Below, one piece after another: positions 18,004 through 26,769 of a stretch of DNA of 42,621 nucleotides; the first letter of the stretch is position 1, and each line of letters begins with the position of its first letter. The notes under the pieces are model-generated. The model did no database searches and was not told where the DNA came from. It was given only the letters and a program-made list of their open reading frames with translations. Source of the DNA: Pseudomonadota bacterium (GTDB lineage Bacteria > Bdellovibrionota_G > JALEGL01 > DATDPG01). Where the stretch lies: positions 1 to 42,621 of the forward strand of contig JAZDIZ010000005.1 in the NCBI GenBank assembly GCA_043804515.1, in the 5' to 3' direction. The position numbers were made by a program, and so were the translations under genes.

Positions 18004-18304
18004 GAAACCCTGGAAATCCTCCGCCGGTCTCGTGAGGAGGCTTCTGAAGGATCCTGAGGTCCGGATTTATTTTGAGATCGAGAAGGCGAGAAGCGAATTC
18101 GCGGCTGCCGTTCGAGGGGCAAGGAGAAAGGCGGGCTTTACCCAGGCTGCGCTGGCGGGGCGGATCGGAACGACTCAAAGCGTAATCTCCCGGTTGGAGA
18201 GCGGAAACGACAAACGCACGCCTTCACTTCCACTCCTGGCGAAGATCGCCCAAGCCTGCCACGGCCACCTGGAGGTACGGTTCAGGTTTTCGAAAGCCGC
18301 ATAA
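17996..18304 (+). CDS. XRE-HTH antitoxin (HigA-like)
   Basis: ARRKAGFTQAALAGRIGTTQSVISRLESG...PSLPLLAKIA; overlaps the toxin stop. Confidence 0.88.
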   Translation: MRKKPWKSSAGLVRRLLKDPEVRIYFEIEKARSEFAAAVRGARRKAGFTQAALAGRIGTTQSVISRLESGNDKRTPSLPLLAKIAQACHGHLEVRFRFSKAA

Positions 18305-18399
18305 CTCGCCGGTTCATTGATACCTGCAACAGAAACAGGTGCCTGGTTTCCCTCGCAGTCAATCCGGGCTAAAATGCATTCGAATCGCCCGTTGACCTC

Positions 18400-18771
18400 A
18401 TGGCCTATTCGGATCGCTACCTTTTGTTCATCGAGTACTTCAACAAGCAACGCTACCAGTCGGCGCAAACGGCGCTGGACGATCTGTGGCTGGACGAGGA
18501 GGGGACCGACAAGGACTTCCACGGCGGCCTGATCCAGGTGGCCGTGGCGTTGTTTCATTTGACGAACGAGAACCCCGAGGGCGCCCACCGCGTCTATCTG
18601 AACGCGAAGCAGCTCCTTGCGGGTTTTGGCGATCGATATCAAGGCCTCGACGTCCGCAAACTTCTTTCCGACCTGGACGAGCTGTTTTCGAAACATGTCA
18701 ACGCGGAAAACGGCCGCAAGGATTATCGGGGGGTCCTGCCATCCATCGAATTTCAAAACGACTCGCTCTGA
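18400..18771 (+). CDS. DUF309-like protein
   Basis: YFNKQRY...LDDLW...FHGGLIQVAVALFHL...NPEGA...YQGLDV pattern. Confidence 0.75.
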   Translation: MAYSDRYLLFIEYFNKQRYQSAQTALDDLWLDEEGTDKDFHGGLIQVAVALFHLTNENPEGAHRVYLNAKQLLAGFGDRYQGLDVRKLLSDLDELFSKHVNAENGRKDYRGVLPSIEFQNDSL

Positions 18772-19790
18772 CGCTCCTGACCGCTGTCCTTTGGATAGGC
18801 TTGGCGTCGGCGCAGGAGACGCCCAAGCCTGTCAGCCCGGTCCCTACGGCGACAGTCACACCCAAACCCACACCGAGGCCCAGGCCGAAAATGAGCTGGG
18901 AGCGGGCATTCGAACGGCTTCATTCCCGCCTGAAGGCGGACGGCCTGAAGGGCAGAGCGCTTGCTCCTTTCAACGTCGCAAAGCTCAAGTATGTGGAACG
19001 GGCGGTGGAAGCCAAGATGTTGAACGTGATCCGGCCGATGGCCCCGTTCGGCGACTACGCGGACGAGAAGTCGGTGCATAAGGGGAGGGAGTTTCTAAAG
19101 GATCACGAGGCAGCTTTCAATCTGGCGCAGAAAGAATCGGACGTGGCGCCTTCGATTATGGCGGCAATCCTCTGGATCGAGACGCGTTATGGGGTTTACA
19201 AGCCCCGCTTCTTCGAGCTCTCGGTTCTGGCCTCGTTGGCCGCTTTGAGCGACGGAGAATTCGGAAAAGAGGTCGCGGCTAAAATTGCGGAAAAAGCGAA
19301 GAGCGAGGAGCCGAAGGCTGCGGCGTTGGATTGGACGAACCGCGCGTTCGAGATCGGATCGGCCTGGTACGAGGAACTGAAATCGTTCCTGCTTGTTTGC
19401 GAGATACGGGGCTGGAATGCGCGGAAAATCAAGGGCTCGTGGGCGGGGGCGGTCGGATACGGCCAATTCATGCCGAAGACGGCGCTACGGAACATGACAC
19501 AAGGCCCGACGGTCTGGCTGGCGGATCTTTGGAGCTGGGACGATACGATCCGGCTGGTGGCGAGGCACCTTAAGGAAAACGGTTGGAGTCCCGCGGCGGC
19601 GGTGGGTGCTAAGAAGGAGGCGATCCTTAAATACAATCGGCATACCGGCTATGCCGATGCCGTGTTTGCCTTGGCGACGCAGCTGGAGCAGCCGCCACGC
19701 ACTCCTACGCCGACAATTGGGGACACGTACCAATTAAAAATTACCAACGAAATTAACCTCATAAACCACCAAAATTCCGTGGGTCTGTGA
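18750..19790 (+). CDS. Lytic murein transglycosylase (MltB/SLT_2 family); start uncertain
   Basis: AILWIETRYG (catalytic Glu), GSWAGAVGYGQFMP, ILKYNRHTGYADAV; signal-peptide-like SKRLALTLLTAVLWIGLASA then a Pro-rich linker. Confidence 0.82.
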   Translation: MSKRLALTLLTAVLWIGLASAQETPKPVSPVPTATVTPKPTPRPRPKMSWERAFERLHSRLKADGLKGRALAPFNVAKLKYVERAVEAKMLNVIRPMAPFGDYADEKSVHKGREFLKDHEAAFNLAQKESDVAPSIMAAILWIETRYGVYKPRFFELSVLASLAALSDGEFGKEVAAKIAEKAKSEEPKAAALDWTNRAFEIGSAWYEELKSFLLVCEIRGWNARKIKGSWAGAVGYGQFMPKTALRNMTQGPTVWLADLWSWDDTIRLVARHLKENGWSPAAAVGAKKEAILKYNRHTGYADAVFALATQLEQPPRTPTPTIGDTYQLKITNEINLINHQNSVGL

Positions 19791-19811
19791 AATTCGTACG
19801 TGTCCCCAATT
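19715..19811. mobile_element. 97-bp MITE/REP-like element with terminal inverted repeats
   Basis: AATTGGGGACACGTAC at 19715-19730 and its exact reverse complement at 19796-19811 (20/21 when extended inward); AT-rich interior. Confidence 0.75.
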
Positions 19812-19814
19812 TCC

Positions 19815-22070
19815 CTAGAAAAGTGAGCGCAGGCGGTCGTGGCCGTCTTGTGGCCAATCGAATTCCGGAGCTTGAAGCCTGCCCCACGTAGTAATCCTCA
19901 CATTATGGAACCGTTCTTGCAGACGCTCGATTTGCGGTTGCGCGGAAGAGGGCAGGGCCAGCGAACTCAAATGTCGCAAATTTTCTGACAGAAGATCTAC
20001 GAGATCGCGCTCATCTTTATATTGAATCCATTGAATGAGGCCCGGGGTTGCGAACCAGTCGGTTCGAAGCCGGTCCGAAAAAGCGATTGCGAGGCCGTTC
20101 GCTTGGCGAAAATTCTGGTCGAACGCGTGCCACCGCAGGGCACCCAACGACCTAGGATGCGGTTTTCGTTCCCACTCGCAGCTTCGCTTCAAGAACGCTT
20201 GCGAGAATGCGTTGGCATAGTTTTCGCATTCGTCGGCGCGAGGTGCATGCAAGAACAGCGCCTGCGGCGAGAGGCAACCCTGTTGTTCCCAGATCAGAAT
20301 ATCTTGAGCGAGGAGGTCCCATTCCTTTTCCGTCGGCGTGATTCCGCGCGGAAGAATCGCCGCTGAGAACTTCGGACCGTAAGCCACGATTCGCGCACGA
20401 GAAGGGGCGAGGACGGAGAGATGTTCGATCGTATCGTTATCTCCCTGGAGGATCGCGGTTGTCGCCGGGGCTAGAAGATCTCTGGTCACCGCATCATCTC
20501 CGGAGTCGGTCGAGACCACCGCCGCTCGGGAGGCGAAAGCCGGATGAATGGTAGCCAGCGAACGATGAAGTGCATCGAGCAGATTTCCGCTTCGAAGAGA
20601 AGGGCGATGGATCGAAGGAATTCCACAGAGGAGCGAAGCGAAGAATGGAAATACGCCGGTAACCGGAAGATTTCCGGCCGAAATCTGAACCAGAAAACGG
20701 TCCGCCGTGTTTGGACGCTTGTCTTTCCATGCGCGCTCGGCGGCGGCTGTGAGCAGCTTTTCGCCGAGAGCTTCGAATGTGAGATTGAGTCCTTCGGTTG
20801 CGGAGCCTTGTGAGAAGTAACGGCTTTCTCGTAGCGAAATCTCGAATTCGCGCCTGGGAGGAAATGCGGGATCGAGCCATTTCTTTGCGAGATCACCCAA
20901 AACCTTGATCGATTCCGCTAAAGACACCGATGGCGCGTTTTGTGCTGTCGACGCGATCCCGCTAAAATTTGGTTTGGCATGAATGGTGCGAGTTGCGACT
21001 TGCGGCGAATGAATTGTTTGAAGTGAGCAGCCCCGAATCTCCGCGGCCGCGACACGACCCAAAACTTCAAAACCTGTTTTATGCCGTCGACCCCAATCCC
21101 CTGTCAGAAGGGACGATACGGACCCGCGGTTGGCGACGTCAAAGACGGCGATCATGCCTTCATTTCCGGGAGATGGTTCCTCCAGCGTTCGCGGGTTAAC
21201 GATTCGATACGGGGCCCAAGCCGGGGATTCATAAGTAAAATGTTCTCCGTCCAGCCTGGTCCACGCCGGCGAACTGATCTCCGTCATGCCGTATTCAGCG
21301 AAATAGCTCGTGGCGGAGATGCCGAGGAGTTCCTCCGATAACTGTGAAAGTTCCACGGGGGACGGAACGAACCTGCGGCCCTTCCGCCCGCCGGTTTCAA
21401 ACAAGAAGCTTCCTGGTGGAAGACGGAATGAAAGATTCCTGCTCTTGAGAAACAGGAGCAGATCGGAGAGTGCAATAGACGTCGCCGCGATCCAGAGGGG
21501 CGTCTCCGTGCGCTTCGAGCGGACAAAAGCCTCTTGCGCCGCAACTGGGTCCACGCCGCCGTTTTGAACGGCGTACGTCACATCTCCGTTGGAGAACGCG
21601 CGCGCCAGCGTCGCTACCATGTGCGCGAGAGAGGAGCGTGGCGCGTCCAGGTCCGATGGGATCAGCGAAAGACACATGAAGCGAGCCGCGGCGCCGTGAG
21701 CGGGTTCAAGGACAAAACGCTCGAACGAACGAACGCAGGCGCGGTCATAAAGCTCGAGCGTATTGAAGACGTGCGTTCCCGTTTCGGCTTCGGTCGTGCC
21801 GCTGGTTTGGAACGTCGCCACCACGTCCCGAGCCGGAAAGGACGCGAGGCGATAGCGCTTGAACCCCGCCGTTGGGTATGGCGGGATCTTCGAATAATGC
21901 CTCACGCTCTCGGGCGTGGCGTGGTTCGTGTCGCAAAACCGCCTGTACGGCTCGACACCCTCGTACTGATGGGCGAAAACTTCAAGGGCAAGTGAATTGA
22001 AGGCATCGCCCGAAATTTCATCGGTTTCCATCAGCCGCAGGATCTTCCGATCGAGAGGCTTCGAATCCAT
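19815..22070 (-). CDS. Fused LuxE-like acyl-protein synthetase / LuxC-like acyl-CoA reductase
   Basis: LuxE part: FQTSGTT, FETGGRKGR, AEYGMTEISS, LGRVAAAEIRGCS. LuxC part: ISAGNLP, AYGPKFS, WEQQGCLSPQ, WPQDG. ATG 22070 overlaps the upstream TGA. Confidence 0.82.
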   Translation of the reverse strand: MDSKPLDRKILRLMETDEISGDAFNSLALEVFAHQYEGVEPYRRFCDTNHATPESVRHYSKIPPYPTAGFKRYRLASFPARDVVATFQTSGTTEAETGTHVFNTLELYDRACVRSFERFVLEPAHGAAARFMCLSLIPSDLDAPRSSLAHMVATLARAFSNGDVTYAVQNGGVDPVAAQEAFVRSKRTETPLWIAATSIALSDLLLFLKSRNLSFRLPPGSFLFETGGRKGRRFVPSPVELSQLSEELLGISATSYFAEYGMTEISSPAWTRLDGEHFTYESPAWAPYRIVNPRTLEEPSPGNEGMIAVFDVANRGSVSSLLTGDWGRRHKTGFEVLGRVAAAEIRGCSLQTIHSPQVATRTIHAKPNFSGIASTAQNAPSVSLAESIKVLGDLAKKWLDPAFPPRREFEISLRESRYFSQGSATEGLNLTFEALGEKLLTAAAERAWKDKRPNTADRFLVQISAGNLPVTGVFPFFASLLCGIPSIHRPSLRSGNLLDALHRSLATIHPAFASRAAVVSTDSGDDAVTRDLLAPATTAILQGDNDTIEHLSVLAPSRARIVAYGPKFSAAILPRGITPTEKEWDLLAQDILIWEQQGCLSPQALFLHAPRADECENYANAFSQAFLKRSCEWERKPHPRSLGALRWHAFDQNFRQANGLAIAFSDRLRTDWFATPGLIQWIQYKDERDLVDLLSENLRHLSSLALPSSAQPQIERLQERFHNVRITTWGRLQAPEFDWPQDGHDRLRSLF

Positions 22071-23401
22071 CAGGTCATTTCCGAAATAACGGCGTTGAGC
22101 TGGCCGAGCGCCCAATCCAGCTGGGACTCTTCAATTGTGAGGGGCGGCGTGATTGAAAGCACGTTACCGTTGATGCCCGCCGGTAGAACGATCACTCCGC
22201 GCTTAAGCGCACGCCGGGCGGCTTCGAACGCAACGCTCTTTCTCAGGCCACCGGAAAGTTCGATCCCGATCATGAGGCCGCGGCCCCGAACTTCTTTGAT
22301 GAGAGGGGCCTTCCATGTCCGGAGCTTTTCGAGCGTTCTTTTTCCAACCTCGGCCGCTCTTTGGACTACGCCGAGGCGTTCGCCCTCCCGGATTGCGGCC
22401 AACGCCGCCGCACATCCCAGCGGATGACCCAGGAACGTGCTGGTATGAAGAGCTTCGCCCTCGGATTTGGGCCATTTCTTCATGACCTTGGCGGTACCGA
22501 TGCAGGCCGAAAAGGGCAGGGAACCGGTGAGCGCCTTTCCGACGCAGAGTAGGTCCGGCGTGACGCCCTCATGTTGAACGGCGAAGAGGGAGCCCGTGCG
22601 GCCGAAACCCGTGAAGATTTCATCGACGATCAGGAGAATCCCCTTCTGGCGAGCCAGATCGGCTACGGCCTTGAGCCAACCCTCCGGAGGGAGGATCACG
22701 CCCGCCCGCCCCTGAATGGGTTCCAGGAGAACGGCTCCGACGGCGAGTTCGCCGTCTTGTGCCTCTTCGACGATCTCCCCTAACTCCCGGATGGAGGCTT
22801 CGACAGAGTCTGCGGCGTGGGGAAAACGCGCCCGGCATGAGAAGCGTGGGATCAAACCGGCAAACGGCTCGCGGAACTTATCGATCCCCGTGACGGCAAG
22901 CGCGCCGAGCGTGAGGCCATGGTAGGAGTTCTCGAACGAAATCACGCCGGGCAAGCCCGTATAAAGCAATGCCGTCTTGAGCGCCGCCTCGACCGCCTCG
23001 GCGCCGGAAGAGCAAAGGATCGTGCGAGGTTCGGGCATCGGCGCCAGGCGCGCAAGCGCCTCGAGAAGCTCCACTTTGACGGCGGGAGGATGCACGTCTC
23101 CCATCCCGTGCGGAAGCTCCCGTGCCTGGGATGCGATCGCCCCAGCTACGGCCGGATTCGAATGGCCGAGCATCGCGACACCGAACGCCGCGGTAAGATC
23201 CACAAAAACGTTTCCGTCCGCATCTTCGACATTGGAGCCGAGCGCTTTCTTCCAAAATACGGGAAAGTCGTTGGCAAGATACGTGATGCCGGGCGCTTCG
23301 ACGGGCCCGAGGCGCTGGGCCAAAGCCTTGGATTGCGGCCCCGGAATTTCCGTCCTAAGCGATCCGATGTTCGATCCGAAGTTCGTCTCCGCCATCATCA
23401 C
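22070..23401 (-). CDS. Class III PLP aminotransferase (GabT/ArgD-like)
   Basis: SGAEAVEAALK, SYHGLT, EPIQGRAG, DEIFTGFGRTG, PDLLCVGKAL, EVRGRGLMIG. Confidence 0.93.
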   Translation of the reverse strand: MMMAETNFGSNIGSLRTEIPGPQSKALAQRLGPVEAPGITYLANDFPVFWKKALGSNVEDADGNVFVDLTAAFGVAMLGHSNPAVAGAIASQARELPHGMGDVHPPAVKVELLEALARLAPMPEPRTILCSSGAEAVEAALKTALLYTGLPGVISFENSYHGLTLGALAVTGIDKFREPFAGLIPRFSCRARFPHAADSVEASIRELGEIVEEAQDGELAVGAVLLEPIQGRAGVILPPEGWLKAVADLARQKGILLIVDEIFTGFGRTGSLFAVQHEGVTPDLLCVGKALTGSLPFSACIGTAKVMKKWPKSEGEALHTSTFLGHPLGCAAALAAIREGERLGVVQRAAEVGKRTLEKLRTWKAPLIKEVRGRGLMIGIELSGGLRKSVAFEAARRALKRGVIVLPAGINGNVLSITPPLTIEESQLDWALGQLNAVISEMT

Positions 23402-24519
23402 TCCAAATGATCCAGAATAGCCTTGAAGAGGGCGCTCTTGAGCCGCAGCTCCCTAAGGTACGCCGTGTTTTCAATCACATGGTAGGAGCGGCTCATCCCC
23501 ACCAGCGCGGTCGTAAGGCCGGGCGCCGCCGCGGCGAAGGCGATCGCCCTCTGGGCGTCCGTCCGGGTCTCGCCCAAAGCTTGCTGGAGAAGTTCCGGAA
23601 GTTTTCCCATCAACTTCGCTTGATAGAGGGGGACGCTCCCCATGACGATAAGACCATGCGCCTGCGCGACCTCAAAAAAACTCACACGGCCACCGTTCCA
23701 TTCCTGCGTTGGGGCCAGCGCGGCCTCCCGAAGCATCAAATTGAAGGGAAGCTGCACGGCACTGAAATGGTGGCGGTCCCCGGCCACCCTGTGCGCGATC
23801 TCCATGACATGTCTTAAGGACAAATAATTGCGGGCCTCCGGGGGAACGCGGAACCCGTCCCATGTGGCGAGGCCGTAGCGGCGAATGCGCCCCGCCTCGA
23901 CCTCCTCCTCGAGAAAGCGGAATGCGGCCTCAAGGCGCCGGTCGAAAGTTTGTCGGTTCACGGATTCCAGCTGCGTTTCGGCGTTGTGAACGTAATAGAT
24001 ATCGACGGTGGAAAGGCCCAAATTTCCGAGGCTTTTGTCCAGCTCATGGCGCAGATACGTGGGTTCAATGCAGTGGCAGCCGCCCGCGATCTCGCCGACC
24101 CGGAGGATGCCGGGCCGGATGTACGTCTCCTCGAAATAGGAGTGCGGATCGGCGGGAACGTTCCCGTCGAACGAGAGGTAGCCTCCCTTGGTGGCGACGA
24201 CGATTTCGTCCCGCGAGACCAGGCCGCTCGAGAACAGTCTCCTCAGGGCCTCGCCGATGGCGCGCTCGCTGCGTTGATACCGGTAGTTGATGGCCGTATC
24301 GACGGCATTGACGCCGTTCTCGACGGCCTGAACGACGGCGTCGGTATAGCGCACGTCGGTTTCGAAATCATGGGCCCCGAGGTACGTGCCGATACCCAGA
24401 TCCGAGAACAAGAGCTCCATCCCGCCGCGGTAGTGCTCCTTCGGGACGTTTTTTTGCCGGTCCCGGAAACGCGCGGTTCCCTCGGAGGTCGCGTAGCCGG
24501 CGGTGGCGGGAAGAACCAT
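23398..24519 (-). CDS. Aldo/keto reductase
   Basis: LGIGTYLG, VDTAINYR...SERAIG, VVATKGG, DIYYVHN, VQLPFN. Confidence 0.9.
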   Translation of the reverse strand: MVLPATAGYATSEGTARFRDRQKNVPKEHYRGGMELLFSDLGIGTYLGAHDFETDVRYTDAVVQAVENGVNAVDTAINYRYQRSERAIGEALRRLFSSGLVSRDEIVVATKGGYLSFDGNVPADPHSYFEETYIRPGILRVGEIAGGCHCIEPTYLRHELDKSLGNLGLSTVDIYYVHNAETQLESVNRQTFDRRLEAAFRFLEEEVEAGRIRRYGLATWDGFRVPPEARNYLSLRHVMEIAHRVAGDRHHFSAVQLPFNLMLREAALAPTQEWNGGRVSFFEVAQAHGLIVMGSVPLYQAKLMGKLPELLQQALGETRTDAQRAIAFAAAAPGLTTALVGMSRSYHVIENTAYLRELRLKSALFKAILDHLE

Positions 24520-24553
24520 GCGGTCCGTAACGAACCATCCCGCGCCCCGGGTG

Positions 24554-25102
24554 TCAATGGGCGCGAATGTGAATCGTAAGCGTATGGCTGGTGAGGTGGG
24601 CGATGCCGTTTCCGGGATCGTGGTCCAGATCGGTGCCGTGTACGCCGTCGTTCATGAAGTAATTGGGATCTTCCGCGCCGTTGTGCGTCCGCAGGTCAAG
24701 ACGGATCCGGTCAGTCTCCTTTAGGCGTTCCGCGGAGGGCTCGTCACCCAGGTAACGGCCGTCCCCGTCGAAGGCGGAAATACGGAGGTAGGACACATGC
24801 TCGACGAGTGTCACGGTCGCCGCCCCTTGCATGCGGATCAGGCGTTGATCCGGAACGGCTCCGGCGAGGGAATATATGAACGTCTCCGTCGGGCCGGCCC
24901 CGGTTAGAGACTCGGTGGTCAGGCGCGTCAGGGCCGAGGGCCGGCTTAAGTCGTCTTTAAGTCGAGTCTCTAGGCCTTGGAGCTTGTGCGACATTTTCAC
25001 CGTGTGGGTTCGAAGGAGCGTGACCGCCAAAACGGAGACGATCAGAAGGACGACCAGGAGTTCGATGACGCCGAAAGCTCTTCGGAATATACTTGCGTTC
25101 AT
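24554..25102 (-). CDS. Prepilin-type N-terminal cleavage/methylation domain protein
   Basis: MNASIFRRA|FGVIELLVVLLIVSVL: class III signal with Glu at +5. Confidence 0.65.
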   Translation of the reverse strand: MNASIFRRAFGVIELLVVLLIVSVLAVTLLRTHTVKMSHKLQGLETRLKDDLSRPSALTRLTTESLTGAGPTETFIYSLAGAVPDQRLIRMQGAATVTLVEHVSYLRISAFDGDGRYLGDEPSAERLKETDRIRLDLRTHNGAEDPNYFMNDGVHGTDLDHDPGNGIAHLTSHTLTIHIRAH

Positions 25103-25580
25103 GAAGCGAGCCACGGACCGCGGCGGAAGCGCGCTCTGGATCCTGATACTGTTTCTGGGCCTTTTCATCTGGGCCGGTTACCGCGTGGGCCGATTGTACT
25201 TCGACCGCTCGGCCATCGAAAGCGAGATCGCCTCCCTGGGCGATGAAGCCCTTACGATGCACGACGCCCAGATCCAGGACAAGATCGCAAGCGTCCTAAC
25301 GAGTTACAACGCGTCGTTCGACAAGGAAAAGATCAACGTTCAAGTGAATCCGAAAGGGGACCGGATCACGATCCACGCGGGATATTACCGTATGGCCGAT
25401 CTGGGCTTTTTCCAAATCCCCCTCCATTTCGAAGTCAACGTCGAGCGGGTAGAAACCAAGGCGGGGAGCGTGATTCAAAGCGTGAGGCAGTCGCTGGAGG
25501 ATAGCGAGAACGCCAGCATCCAGAGATATGAAAAAGCGGTGAAGGCAGCGCAAGCTCCCACTCCGCCTGTCGGTGAGTAG
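25101..25580 (+). CDS. Single-TM pilin-like/DUF4845-like hypothetical protein
   Basis: MKRATDRG|GSALWILILFLGLFIWAGYRVGRLYF, then a soluble domain; ATGACG-17 nt-TATACT upstream. Confidence 0.65.
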   Translation: MKRATDRGGSALWILILFLGLFIWAGYRVGRLYFDRSAIESEIASLGDEALTMHDAQIQDKIASVLTSYNASFDKEKINVQVNPKGDRITIHAGYYRMADLGFFQIPLHFEVNVERVETKAGSVIQSVRQSLEDSENASIQRYEKAVKAAQAPTPPVGE

Positions 25581-25746
25581 TACACACCCTCGGCTTTCTT
25601 AGACGTTCAGACCTGCGGCTGTTTTACTTCTCGCGGACGCGGCACCAGGAGTGTGGCGACGGGGCGGAGTTCCGCGGCGGAGCCTAAGATCGCCGGCGGA
25701 GACGCGGGGCTACGCCCCGGCGCCCTGCCATTCATGATGATGTGGA

Positions 25747-26769
25747 TTAGAGTTTCCAGAGAGTGCCAAAAGTCTTCCGGGCTTCGTCGAGAAGCTTGAG
25801 CGCGAGGGGGGAGGGGTCGGGCCATTCGGAGGCGTCGGGTTGCTCGTGGACTTCCACTACGAGCGGGGCGGCCTCGGTGAGTGCTTGCGGACTGTATCCA
25901 CCTTCCAGGATGTAAAGGACCGGGATCGAAGCGCGGGAAGCAAACGCCTCGACGGCACTCAGGAGCTTTCGGAAACCTTCCGTCGTGATCTGGAGCTGTG
26001 CCAAGGGGTCGAGCGTGTGGCCGTCGAATCCGAGGGAAAGCAGGAGGAGATCCGGAGCGAACTGCTCCAGAATCGGGCCGAAAACACCCTTCCAAACGCT
26101 TAGAACTTCGGCATCACCCGAGCCGGCGGGCAACGGGCAATTGATGTTGGCGCCGATCCCGTCTCCAACTCCGATCTCATTCCAATCCCCGGTGTCGGGA
26201 TAGAAGGGGGATTGGTGCTGGGACATATAAAGGATGTCCCCGCGGTCGAAAAAAATGTGCTGCGTACCGTTTCCGTGATGGGCGTCAATGTCGAAGATCG
26301 CCGCTTTCCGAAAAAGGCCCTTGGAGACTGCGTGCTGGGTTGCGAGCGCCGTGTTGTTGAACAGGCAGAAGCCCATGGCGCGGTCGCGGTCCGCATGATG
26401 CCCTGGGGGGCGAACCAGGGCGAGGGCCCGCGTACATTCCTTTCTTGAAAGGCTCCCGACGGCGTCCAAAACCGTGCCGACCGCAGTGCGTGCCGCTTCA
26501 TACGAATCCCCGCACGTGTACGTGTCGGCATCGAGCCAACCGAACCCTTTTCCGGCCGTGGCGGCGACGGCCTCGATATGGCGTTCCGTGTGAATGATCG
26601 ACAGCTCCTCAGGCGTCGCCACACGGTCGGTCTGGACGAAGCTCACCCGAGGGAAATTGGCGGAATTGAGCCGGGAAACGATTGCGCGCAGGCGCTCGGG
26701 TGATTCGGGATGCGGGGATTCGGAACGATGAAGCAGGAATACAGGGTGTTGATAAACCTTGAAGCTCAT
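25747..26769 (-). CDS. Histone deacetylase-family (Zn amidohydrolase) protein
   Basis: HPESPERL, RPPGHHA, GFCLFNN, DIDAHHGNGTQ, GFDGHTLDPL, LEGGY. Confidence 0.95.
   Translation of the reverse strand: MSFKVYQHPVFLLHRSESPHPESPERLRAIVSRLNSANFPRVSFVQTDRVATPEELSIIHTERHIEAVAATAGKGFGWLDADTYTCGDSYEAARTAVGTVLDAVGSLSRKECTRALALVRPPGHHADRDRAMGFCLFNNTALATQHAVSKGLFRKAAIFDIDAHHGNGTQHIFFDRGDILYMSQHQSPFYPDTGDWNEIGVGDGIGANINCPLPAGSGDAEVLSVWKGVFGPILEQFAPDLLLLSLGFDGHTLDPLAQLQITTEGFRKLLSAVEAFASRASIPVLYILEGGYSPQALTEAAPLVVEVHEQPDASEWPDPSPLALKLLDEARKTFGTLWKL

Noticed and set aside
15709..18399. Integron cassette array explaining the TA modules
   Set aside because: No intI, mixed gene orientations, and the GCATAAC at the 18304 stop has no matching GTTRRRY partner
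18486..18749. N-terminal extension of the 434-aa ORF
   Set aside because: Overlaps DUF309 in another frame, is low-complexity Arg/Pro/Gly sequence and precedes an apparent signal peptide
19815..22070. Bioluminescence (lux) operon
   Set aside because: No luxA, luxB or luxD; neighbours are an aminotransferase and an AKR
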